This document shows positions 8,849 through 17,167 of a stretch of 21,052 bases of DNA, piece after piece. The translations under genes were made by a program, and so were the position numbers. Under the pieces are notes generated by a model, which worked only from the letters and a program-made list of their open reading frames with translations, was not told the DNA's origin and did no database searches. The stretch lies in contig JBHHXT010000072.1 of the NCBI GenBank assembly GCA_046757165.1, forward strand, positions 1 to 21,052, read 5' to 3'. Each line of letters begins with the position of its first letter. Within the stretch, counting starts at the first letter, position 1. This DNA is from a bacterium (GTDB lineage: Bacteria > Zhuqueibacterota > Zhuqueibacteria > Oceanimicrobiales > Oceanimicrobiaceae).

Positions 8849-9883
8849 ATGAAAAGTTCAGTTCATAAGATGGTGATTCTTTGCCTGGCCATATTGTTCC
8901 TGGCCAGCGTTGAGGGAATCGCACAGGAGCAACGGATCGGCACAAATTCTGCGTCAGAGCTTCTGATTCCGGTGGGCGCACGGTACATCGCCATGGGCGG
9001 CGCCTCGATCGCGACCGTGCAGGGGGTGGACGCCATTTTCTGGAACCCCGCTGGCGTGGCGCGGTCGGATTATTCAGCCGATGTGACGTTTTCACACATG
9101 CAGCATCTCGCCGATATCAACATCAACTACGCGGCTTTGAGCATCAAATTCGGCAGTGTTGGCACGTTCGGGTTCAGCATCAAGGCGATGGATATCGGCG
9201 ATATCGTCGTGACCACGGAAGTCGCTCCCGATGGCACGGGCGCTTTGCTGAGTCCCCAGTTCATCACCGGCGGGTTGACCTATTCGCGCGCCCTGACCGA
9301 CCGCATTTCGGTTGGCGGAACCATCAATTTCATCAGCGAGACCTTCGAGCGTGTCAGTGCCAGCGGTGTCGCGCTCGACCTGGGGGTCCAGTACCGCGAT
9401 TTGGCGAGTATCAATGGCCTGAGCCTGGCAGTCGCAGTCAAAAACCTGGGGCCGAGCCTGAAGTTTGGCGGCTCTGGTTTGTTGGGCTCGGCTCAGCTCG
9501 ACGAGGTTGATCGTGGTGCGACCCCGCTTTTGATTCAGGCTCAGGACGACGAGCTGCCGTCCTACATCGTCATCGGGGCCTCCTACATGGTGAACCTGGG
9601 CGAGACCAGCAGTCTGGAGCTGGCGGGAACATTTCAGGATAACAACTTTCAGGATGACACCGGCCAGTTTGGCGCAGAGTACAACTATAACAATTTGTTC
9701 TTTGCGCGCCTCGGGTACACCGTCTCGCCAGATGCCGCAAATGATGCGCACATCTACGGCGCAACGTTGGGTGCCGGCATTCACCATGATTTTCCCAATA
9801 TCGGCCTCACCATCGACTATGCCTACAGGGATGTCGATTTTTTCGAAGCGAGCAATGTGTTCTCAATCAGATTGGGTTTTTGA
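8849..9883 (+). CDS. PorV/PorQ family outer-membrane beta-barrel protein
   Basis: SD AAGGAG and signal peptide. Hallmark N-terminus LLIPVGARYIAMGGA...AIFWNPAG. Alternating beta-strand pattern and C-terminal Phe (SIRLGF). Confidence 0.9.
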   Translation: MKSSVHKMVILCLAILFLASVEGIAQEQRIGTNSASELLIPVGARYIAMGGASIATVQGVDAIFWNPAGVARSDYSADVTFSHMQHLADININYAALSIKFGSVGTFGFSIKAMDIGDIVVTTEVAPDGTGALLSPQFITGGLTYSRALTDRISVGGTINFISETFERVSASGVALDLGVQYRDLASINGLSLAVAVKNLGPSLKFGGSGLLGSAQLDEVDRGATPLLIQAQDDELPSYIVIGASYMVNLGETSSLELAGTFQDNNFQDDTGQFGAEYNYNNLFFARLGYTVSPDAANDAHIYGATLGAGIHHDFPNIGLTIDYAYRDVDFFEASNVFSIRLGF

Positions 9884-9916
9884 GCCGACCAACAGAACAT
9901 AAGTTGCTGTATTGTC

Positions 9917-9952
9917 AAGGGGTTGGAGCGACCACGCTCCAACCCCTTTTTT
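9917..9952 (+). terminator. Rho-independent terminator
   Basis: AAGGGGTTGGAGCG-ACCA-CGCTCCAACCCCTT (14-bp perfect stem) ending in a T6 run, 33 bp after the PorV-like stop. Confidence 0.92.
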
Positions 9953-9984
9953 GCGGATTCCCGCAGAATTTGAACAAGAAGCAA

Positions 9985-10006
9985 GTCTCAATTCATGAAT
10001 CAAGAC
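9985..10006. promoter_or_regulatory. Second copy of the 22-bp palindrome (GTCTCAATTCATGAATCAAGAC), candidate operator
   Basis: 20/22 identical to 502-523, and 23/25 with flanks (500-524 vs 9983-10007). Lies between the terminator and the AraC gene. Confidence 0.65.
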
Positions 10007-10150
10007 ACGAAAATGCGAATATTTTCTTGAATTTGTCGTATTTGTTAGAAACAATACAGCGCGTCAAGGATTGACAAAGTTTGTCGATGTTAGCGTACCA
10101 GGCGCTTGACTTGAAATGTATGGCAATCTCAAAAGGTTCAGCGGGACGTT

Positions 10151-11143
10151 TTGCAGAATTTACCTTTGATCTTAACTGCCCCTCCTTTCTTCTATGGCGT
10201 CGGGTCTGCCTACCAGTTTGCTGCCGGCCCATTGCTCTACCTGTATGTCCGATCGACACTGGATAAGGACTTCAAGTTTACGATAGCCGACCTGCTGCAT
10301 TTTATCCCATTCTTCGTTTTTCATTTTGGTGCGTTTCCGGACTTATTTCCTGGTGCGTCTGATAATATCACGATTCAGTTCCTGGTTTGGCATCTTCAGC
10401 CCCTTGTGTACGCGGCTTTGTTGATTCGGCTGCTGCACAATAATGCCCTTATCAACAAAGAACAGTATCCGACGGACAGCAAGGTTAGTTTCAGGTGGAT
10501 GCGCAACGTATTTTACTCATATGGTGCCATCTGGCTTGTGAAGTCGTGTGTGGAGCTGGCTTTGCCTTACGAGGTTTACAGCCAAAAACTTTATTACATT
10601 GCTGCTTCTGTCGTGTTGACTGCATTCCATGTCTATATTATTGCTTACCTCGGGTTCAATCGTTCTGAGTCCAGCGCGGAGGGGGACGAGCCGGTTGAAC
10701 GCTACAAAGGCTCACGATTGTCAGAGAAGATGTCCAGGGAGTACTTGCACCGACTCATTCACGATATGGAAACCGAGAAGTCCTTTACTGACCCGAAACT
10801 GACCCTGGCGGTACTGGCAAGCCGGCTGGCTATCAACAGCCGCTATCTTTCGCAAGTCATCAACGAAAACCTCGGACAGAATTTCTATGACTTTGTGAAC
10901 GGATACCGAATCGAGGAGGCCAAAAGGAGGCTGACAGACCCGGAGAAGGATAAATACACCATCGAGGCAATCGCCTTCGAGGTGGGTTTCAATTCAAAGG
11001 CCGCCTTCTACAGTACATTCAAGAAACAAACGAAGATGACCCCTTCGCAATTCAAGGAGATGAGCAAGACCTCCTCCTGTGCCATTCCGGCCGGTGCCAA
11101 TGGCCGGAACCTTTACCCGTCTGACAATCCGCATTCGGCTTAA
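10151..11143 (+). CDS. Membrane-anchored AraC-family transcriptional regulator (possibly N-terminally truncated)
   Basis: About 5 hydrophobic segments (GPLLYLYV, LHFIPF motifs), then YKGSRL and FTDPKLTLAVLA...YLSQVINE...NFYDFVNGYRIEEAK...IAFEVGFNSKAAFYSTFKK (AraC HTH). TTG start with a weak SD, and an in-frame TGA at 10112 limits upstream extension. Confidence 0.88.
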   Translation: MQNLPLILTAPPFFYGVGSAYQFAAGPLLYLYVRSTLDKDFKFTIADLLHFIPFFVFHFGAFPDLFPGASDNITIQFLVWHLQPLVYAALLIRLLHNNALINKEQYPTDSKVSFRWMRNVFYSYGAIWLVKSCVELALPYEVYSQKLYYIAASVVLTAFHVYIIAYLGFNRSESSAEGDEPVERYKGSRLSEKMSREYLHRLIHDMETEKSFTDPKLTLAVLASRLAINSRYLSQVINENLGQNFYDFVNGYRIEEAKRRLTDPEKDKYTIEAIAFEVGFNSKAAFYSTFKKQTKMTPSQFKEMSKTSSCAIPAGANGRNLYPSDNPHSA

Positions 11144-11305
11144 ATTCAAATCTTCTCATCCGAAATGACCTGCCAGATGGCTATGCTGCCTTCTATGCCG
11201 CCCGGAATAAAACCTCAGGAACTTTAGTATTTCTTTGGAAGTAAAAAATTACTTACATTCCTTCTTAATCAATCAGCGCAATCAACACCCAAACCGATAG
11301 GTGAA

Positions 11306-12733
11306 ATGATGGATCGTGTGTCAGGTTTCCGCCCCCTTGTCGTTGCCGCTTTCGTGGTCAGCCTCATGGTCGTCCCTCCTGTCCTGGCGGACAGTGGCAT
11401 TCAACCCAGTATCGATATGGCGCAGTTCAAGGATTCACAGAACAATTCGTATATGGAAATCTATTATTCCATTCCGGAGGTGGGGATGAACTACATGCCC
11501 GACGGCAGCGGCAAATTCGCCTGCCAACTGGTTCTGGATATCGAAATCCATCGGGACAGTCAGCTCTGGGCGAACAAAGTCTGGAAGATCGAAAAGACGG
11601 TTGCAGACACTTCTTCGGTGGCCGCCGGCAGCCAGATGGTCGACGTCGTTCGCTATCTCGTGGAACAGTCCGGCGAATACAGGATCTCTATGCGCATCAA
11701 GGATATGCACCACACAGACCGAGTCGATAGCGCGCGAGCTGTCTTTCAGGTTTCTCCCTTCACCGGAGAGGCGGTAGAGATCAGCGATGTTGAGCTGGCC
11801 TCACATATCAAGAAGATGGCCCCGGGTTCACAAAGCAATCTGATCAAAAATACCTACAAGGTAACGCCGAATCCCGCGGGCATCTTTGGTGAAGGCGCTG
11901 CAAGTATCTACTACTATTTTGAAGCCTATAACTTGAAGACCCATCTCGAGGGCGACCACTATAAAAGCGTGTGCAAAGTGATCGATTCCAATGGCGTCGA
12001 GAGGGAGGGGCTTGGCATTACCTATCGGCCCAAGAAAAAGTTGTACAATACCAGTATTGAAATCGGTATGTTGAACATCTCCAATCTGCCCTCAGGCAAA
12101 TATCGCTTGCTCTATGGCATTGCCGACGAGTCAAAAACAATGATTGCAAGTAAGGAAAAAATGTTTTATGTTTATAACCCGAATGTCTTTGCGGCGGAGG
12201 TTTTGCAGGAAGGCAGGTTCGGTCCCCTGGAAGAGCTGAGCGAAGCGGAATTGGATGACGAGTTCGCTAAACTGATCCACATCAACACCAAAGACGACCG
12301 GGAGTTCTATGGCAGCCTGAACAACGTGCAGGGAAAGAGGGAGTTTATTTTTTCTATCTGGTCCAGGGCCAATGACAACCGCCTGCCGCCGCTGGTCTAT
12401 CGCGAACAATACTTAGGCCGGGCTCATTATGCGAATGATAAATTCAAGTCCATCTTTGCCAAAGGCTGGAAAAGCGACCGGGGTCGTGTGTTCATTCTCT
12501 ACGGCGGGCCGTCGGACATTGAACGCTTCGCCAGCACAGAGACCACGGTGCCCTATCAAGTGTGGACGTACGACAAGTTGAAGGGACAAGGCGGGGTTCA
12601 GTTCGTTTTTGCCGACAAAGGGGGATTTAGCAAATATGAATTGCTACACTCTGATTTGCGAGGTGAAAGAAGAAACGATTCATGGAAAACGGAGGTGTTT
12701 CGAGGAAGCAATGAGAGACAGTTCAGGAACTAA
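11306..12733 (+). CDS. GWxTD domain-containing exported protein
   Basis: Signal peptide and a beta-rich N-terminal region. C-terminal ANDKFKSIFAKGWKSDRGRVFILYGGP...YQVWTY...FVFAD matches the GWxTD domain, with Ser at the Thr position. Confidence 0.88.
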   Translation: MMDRVSGFRPLVVAAFVVSLMVVPPVLADSGIQPSIDMAQFKDSQNNSYMEIYYSIPEVGMNYMPDGSGKFACQLVLDIEIHRDSQLWANKVWKIEKTVADTSSVAAGSQMVDVVRYLVEQSGEYRISMRIKDMHHTDRVDSARAVFQVSPFTGEAVEISDVELASHIKKMAPGSQSNLIKNTYKVTPNPAGIFGEGAASIYYYFEAYNLKTHLEGDHYKSVCKVIDSNGVEREGLGITYRPKKKLYNTSIEIGMLNISNLPSGKYRLLYGIADESKTMIASKEKMFYVYNPNVFAAEVLQEGRFGPLEELSEAELDDEFAKLIHINTKDDREFYGSLNNVQGKREFIFSIWSRANDNRLPPLVYREQYLGRAHYANDKFKSIFAKGWKSDRGRVFILYGGPSDIERFASTETTVPYQVWTYDKLKGQGGVQFVFADKGGFSKYELLHSDLRGERRNDSWKTEVFRGSNERQFRN

Positions 12734-13499
12734 ACTTCTTATTCTGGCCATCGGCCTGTTCAGCTTGATTTCGTGCCGTAAGAGCGACAGCATCACCATC
12801 AATGCGCTGCCGCAAGAAATTGGTTCGGAGCTTTACTTTCGAGGATTTGTGACTGACGAAGAAGAGCAGTTGGTCAGCGAGATTCACAATTTTAGCAAGA
12901 AGGTAACCCGTCGAGACACCGTAGACGGCAAGCCGGTTTTTGTCTACACGGTGGGCTCCGGCAACGCTGCCGACAGAACGAAGGAGAGCTACTTTTACAC
13001 CGATGAAGATGGAACCGTGTGGGAGCACAACACCACGGACGTGGGCGCTCAGCTTGTCGCCTATGGCTTTTCTTATCGCAATCCAATCCTGTTGCCAGCC
13101 TGGCAGACACTGCTCAAAGTCGATGAGGGAGAGGGTACTGAATGGCAAATTGACATCGACACCACTTATTCTGCAATCACCTTATCTGGCGAGACTCAGA
13201 CCGTGCGTTATGTCAAGCACGGCAGGGCACGTTATGAAGGATGGTCCGAAACTTTCCTGCCTGAGCCTTACAAATACATCCCGGCTCTGGATGTCTACTG
13301 GTACGAGCTGAGAACAACCATCATCAATGAAACCACCTCTGACACTCTTTTTGCGACTGAGGGGATTGCGCATCAATATTTTACACCTGAGCTGGGCGCC
13401 GTGAAGTACGTGACCAATTTCACGTTGTATGAGCAAGGCAAGGAAGCGGTTGCACGGCGCGGCACCTGGGAATTGATGCGCAAAGAATTATCGGAATAA
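12711..13499 (+). CDS. Hypothetical lipoprotein (beta-rich)
   Basis: ATG 12711 preceded by GAGGA gives MRDSSGTKLLILAIGLFSLISC with lipobox LISC. Overlaps the GWxTD gene by 23 bp. Confidence 0.78.
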   Translation: MRDSSGTKLLILAIGLFSLISCRKSDSITINALPQEIGSELYFRGFVTDEEEQLVSEIHNFSKKVTRRDTVDGKPVFVYTVGSGNAADRTKESYFYTDEDGTVWEHNTTDVGAQLVAYGFSYRNPILLPAWQTLLKVDEGEGTEWQIDIDTTYSAITLSGETQTVRYVKHGRARYEGWSETFLPEPYKYIPALDVYWYELRTTIINETTSDTLFATEGIAHQYFTPELGAVKYVTNFTLYEQGKEAVARRGTWELMRKELSE

Positions 13500-13602
13500 T
13501 AGCCTCTTCCGTCTTGTATTTAGAAGTGATCCGCTAAGCCCATCGATTGAGTTGATAACACCGGCCAGGGAAGTTATATTAAGGTCATAAATGCGAAAAC
13601 GC

Positions 13603-13640
13603 TTGCCCCGTACACCGGTGGGAACTACATTATAATCATT
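13603..13640 (+). promoter_or_regulatory. Putative sigma70-like promoter with overlapping weak Fur-box-like core
   Basis: TTGCCC (13603-13608), 17 bp, TACATT (13626-13631). CATTATAATCATT (13628-13640) matches 11/13 of the Fur core AATGATAATCATT. Confidence 0.3.
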
Positions 13641-13766
13641 CCTTCTCATTCTTGCAGAAAAATGCCAGAAAGTGACAGGGAATAGGGCCGGGGATGCGGC
13701 TTTTTGCCGTGCTGGGGATTGACAGGAATCGTCTTACGCAAGCATCTAATCTCGAGGTGGTCCGCC

Positions 13767-16067
13767 ATGTTCTCTTCCAAAAGCTTCTATCCTCTCATCT
13801 TTGTCTGTGCGCTGGTGCTGACAAACCCCCTCCTTGCACAGGAAAACGTGGCCACGGGGGTGGTCAGGGATAAGAATACGTACCAGCAAATTCGCTCGGT
13901 CAACATTTTCGTGAAGGGCTCGAAGACGGGAACCACGACGGACCTGTCTGGCAAATATCGTTTAAGGGTGCCCGGGAGCCGCGGAGACCTGGAGAATCGC
14001 GATGTGTCAGTTGTCGTGTTTCAGCATATTGCCTACTACGAGCGGGAGATTCCTGTGACGCAGTTGTTGAAGATGGACCGCATCTATCTCCAGCCTCGTG
14101 TCATCCCTCTCAGCTCGGTGGAGATCGAAGAGGAGGGCGTCCGCCATCTTGAAATTGAAAAGGACTTGCCGCAGGCCGTCTCGGTGATTGAATCCAGAGA
14201 TTTTGAAATCCGTGGCTACGTGGACGCCGGAGATTTGCTGAGAATCGACAACAGTGTGCAAGTCGATGAGGATCTGAGCGGGAGCAAAACGGTGTCCATT
14301 CGCGGGGGCAATCCTGATGAGGTCATCATCTTGTTCAACGGCGTGAAGATGAATAATGCCTACAACAACGTTTTCGACCTGTCCTTGATCGACCTGGAAG
14401 ATGTGGAGAGGTTCGAGCTGATCAAGGGCAGCAACACGGCCCTGTACGGGCCAGAGGCTTTCTCTGGCGTCGTCAACATCGTGCCGAAAGTGGAGCAGGA
14501 TTACACCATTCGGTTTCAGCAGCGCGTCGGCACGTATCGCTCCGGTAACTGGGGGTTGCATTTTTACAAGCGTTTCAACCGGTTGTACGGGTCATACAGC
14601 ATCAAAAGGGGGGGCTTTGGCCGGAGTTTCGTCAACGATGGCGGGAATCTCGAGAATAGCTCGTTGCACCACACCGCCACACTGAACTATGATGTCGGAG
14701 CCAACGAAGTTGGACGTCCGGCAGGGACCCTGAGCGCAATGTGGATTTACAGCTCGTTGGATTATCGACAAGAGGAGCGAGGGGAGCCAGTTGGGACGGG
14801 CGAAGAAAACGCCATTGAGTTTACCAACGATATTGAGAATTTCAACAACATGATTTCCCTGAAGTACAGCGGGCAATTGTTCGGCCAGGAAGGCTTTGAT
14901 CTGTCCACCTCATACAAGAATCTGGATCAGGACCAGTTGGTTCTCAATCGAGCCGATGCGCCCAGGATGCGAGAAATCCTGGATCGTGCCTTTCTGCTGA
15001 ACGTACAAAAACAATTTCAAATCTCGAAGGTTGACCTCCTTTTCGCGTACCAGTTCCAGATGAGTGAGCTCGAACAGTTGGACGAGAACGTGGGCCAGGA
15101 CCTCGGCAGGACACACCACGGGGCCGTGTCTATTTTGAAGTATCATGGTGACACCGGTTCGGACTTCTTTCAATCCATGGACCTGGATCTGAGCATTCGC
15201 CACGACCGCGTGCAAGACAAGCAAGAAAACGTCGAATTCTTTGGAGAATTCGGTGACCGTGGCGGATTTGGGTTGTTTGCGGACAATGCCTGGAATGCGA
15301 CCAATTTCAAGTTTTCGGTGAGCCTGGCCGGGTACCGCGAGAATCTGTCGCTCAAGAGCTACTTCAATTTTGGCGCGAATACCAAGTTTCCGACGCTTTT
15401 TCAGCAAATCAGCTCGGCGGATCCTCTGGCCTCAGGGGCGACCACTCCGAACCTCAGTCCGGAAAAAAATCGCAGCTTTGAATTTGGGATCACCGTTGGA
15501 AAAGACGTGCGCGAGCACACCAGCATTTATGGCTGGCAGGTGAGCGGCAGCTATTTTCAAAATCACTACGATAACAAGTTTCGAATGTTCATTACGCAGA
15601 TCACCGATCCAACTCCGTCCTTCGATAATGTTCAGAATGCCAACATTAGCGGGTTTGAAGGTCGGGCCATCGCGTTTCTGTTCAAAAAGAAGATTTCTGC
15701 AGAGCTCGGTATCTCGAAGTATTTTCTTTCTGATCAATCAAGCTTCCCGTTCAAATCGGACAATAAGAAGTCTCTGACGGTGAGCATAGACCACGCCGGC
15801 TATGCGTTTCAGCTCTATTGGTTCAGGGAGGGCGACCAAGTTGCCCTGTTGAGAAACTTTGGAACTGGCGAGTTCAACTCCGAAGTGCAAGGGCTTCCGA
15901 GTCAAACGAATCTGGATGTTCATCTGAGCAAAACTTTCGAGATTTCGAAGTTGAGATTCTTTGCCAATGCCAGTGGACGAAATTTGCTCAATGATGAGGA
16001 CACGGTGTTGCGGGGTCTGGCCATCCGCGACCGGCGGTTTTACCTGACGGTGGGCGTGCAATACTGA
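13767..16067 (+). CDS. TonB-dependent receptor (766 aa) with N-terminal carboxypeptidase-regulatory-like domain
   Basis: SD GAGGTGG before ATG 13767 and a signal peptide. Plug motifs SIRGGNPDEVIILFNGV and VERFELIKGSNTALYGPEAFSGVVNI. Barrel motifs NLSPEK and RNLLN. Aromatic C-terminus GVQY. Confidence 0.92.
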   Translation: MFSSKSFYPLIFVCALVLTNPLLAQENVATGVVRDKNTYQQIRSVNIFVKGSKTGTTTDLSGKYRLRVPGSRGDLENRDVSVVVFQHIAYYEREIPVTQLLKMDRIYLQPRVIPLSSVEIEEEGVRHLEIEKDLPQAVSVIESRDFEIRGYVDAGDLLRIDNSVQVDEDLSGSKTVSIRGGNPDEVIILFNGVKMNNAYNNVFDLSLIDLEDVERFELIKGSNTALYGPEAFSGVVNIVPKVEQDYTIRFQQRVGTYRSGNWGLHFYKRFNRLYGSYSIKRGGFGRSFVNDGGNLENSSLHHTATLNYDVGANEVGRPAGTLSAMWIYSSLDYRQEERGEPVGTGEENAIEFTNDIENFNNMISLKYSGQLFGQEGFDLSTSYKNLDQDQLVLNRADAPRMREILDRAFLLNVQKQFQISKVDLLFAYQFQMSELEQLDENVGQDLGRTHHGAVSILKYHGDTGSDFFQSMDLDLSIRHDRVQDKQENVEFFGEFGDRGGFGLFADNAWNATNFKFSVSLAGYRENLSLKSYFNFGANTKFPTLFQQISSADPLASGATTPNLSPEKNRSFEFGITVGKDVREHTSIYGWQVSGSYFQNHYDNKFRMFITQITDPTPSFDNVQNANISGFEGRAIAFLFKKKISAELGISKYFLSDQSSFPFKSDNKKSLTVSIDHAGYAFQLYWFREGDQVALLRNFGTGEFNSEVQGLPSQTNLDVHLSKTFEISKLRFFANASGRNLLNDEDTVLRGLAIRDRRFYLTVGVQY

Positions 16068-16268
16068 GGAGCGCACGAGAATTTGAGAATGACAATAAAG
16101 AAACAGGCTTGACTTGATGGACTTGCCTGACGACGATAGGATAGCAGAAAATTTCCTCACGCACAGATTGTGTGAAAACCGCAGGGGCCGGGTAACGGTC
16201 CAACGCACTCTCCGGTTGTGTCTTTTGTGTTTCACTCAGTCTGGCATCTAACTTCAAGCAGGGATGGC

Positions 16269-17144
16269 ATGAAGATTACAGGATTGCTAGGGTGCATTGC
16301 AGCATTCCTGGCTCAGGGATGTGTAAACAACCCCTTTGGCAGCAGCGATATTTCACTGCGCGGGAGACAAATCGAGGGAACGGTGCGCTTAGACAGCAAC
16401 GCGCCGCCTGCTGGCGTCTATGTCTGGCTGGAGGGGTTCGATCTGGCCACTCGCACTGATTCACAGGGCCATTTCAAGGTGACGCTGCCGCCGCCATTCT
16501 CACGTCCTGCCAGTGACGGCATCTCCGGTGCGTTTAGCCTTTATTACTACGTTGCGAATTTTGCCCTTGCAGCCACCCGCATCGCAACACAGGAGGGGCG
16601 AATCGTCAACGCGGATATTGAGATGAACGCGGACGGGACGTTGCTGGAGCCCGTGCTTTTGAAGCAGAGACTCAGGATTGACACCCGTGTGCGTCCCGCG
16701 GTGGTTTCTAACTCGCAGATCACGGTAACCGGCGGGCTAACGGATTTTCTGCTGCGCGTCGATGTCACGCTGCAGGCGATACGAGACTCGGTCCTGGTCA
16801 CCTTCCCGGGCGTGGTCGATGGCATGTTCGGGCCGTTGATGTTCCGCAACCTCGAGACCGATGACGTGAGGGTCTTGAGCTCGACCATCGCGGGCGTGGT
16901 TTCCAGTGCTTATGATACGGTCAAGACGGATCCGCACGTGCGGACGATGGTGGTGCCAATCTTTCCGGACGACCTGGAAGTCGGGGAATACGAGGTCATC
17001 CCCTATCTGTTTGTAGAAGATGAGCCCGTGCCGGACGGGATACGAAAGCGCTTGCGAATTGAATTCATCGGTCCGGGGCCGGATTATCTCGAGATTCCCT
17101 TCTTGCGCACCGGAGCTGGGAGGACCGTCAAGATCATACCATAA
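16269..17144 (+). CDS. Hypothetical lipoprotein with N-terminal carboxypeptidase-regulatory-like domain (paralog A)
   Basis: MKITGLLGCIAAFLAQGC lipobox-like start. RQIEGTVRLD...VYVWLEGFDLATRTDSQGHF. Collinear with the next gene. Confidence 0.82.
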   Translation: MKITGLLGCIAAFLAQGCVNNPFGSSDISLRGRQIEGTVRLDSNAPPAGVYVWLEGFDLATRTDSQGHFKVTLPPPFSRPASDGISGAFSLYYYVANFALAATRIATQEGRIVNADIEMNADGTLLEPVLLKQRLRIDTRVRPAVVSNSQITVTGGLTDFLLRVDVTLQAIRDSVLVTFPGVVDGMFGPLMFRNLETDDVRVLSSTIAGVVSSAYDTVKTDPHVRTMVVPIFPDDLEVGEYEVIPYLFVEDEPVPDGIRKRLRIEFIGPGPDYLEIPFLRTGAGRTVKIIP

Positions 17145-17167
17145 CTGCTTTACTACCGGAGGGTGAG

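Noticed and set aside
12609..12710. Upstream TTG start for the lipoprotein
   Set aside because: It would overlap the GWxTD gene by 125 bp and bury the lipoprotein signal peptide.
13500..13766. Possible cobalamin riboswitch upstream of the second TBDR (AGGGAA motifs present)
   Set aside because: No correctly ordered GGTGnAAnTCC, GCnACTG and B12-box elements were seen. An Rfam/Infernal search would settle it.
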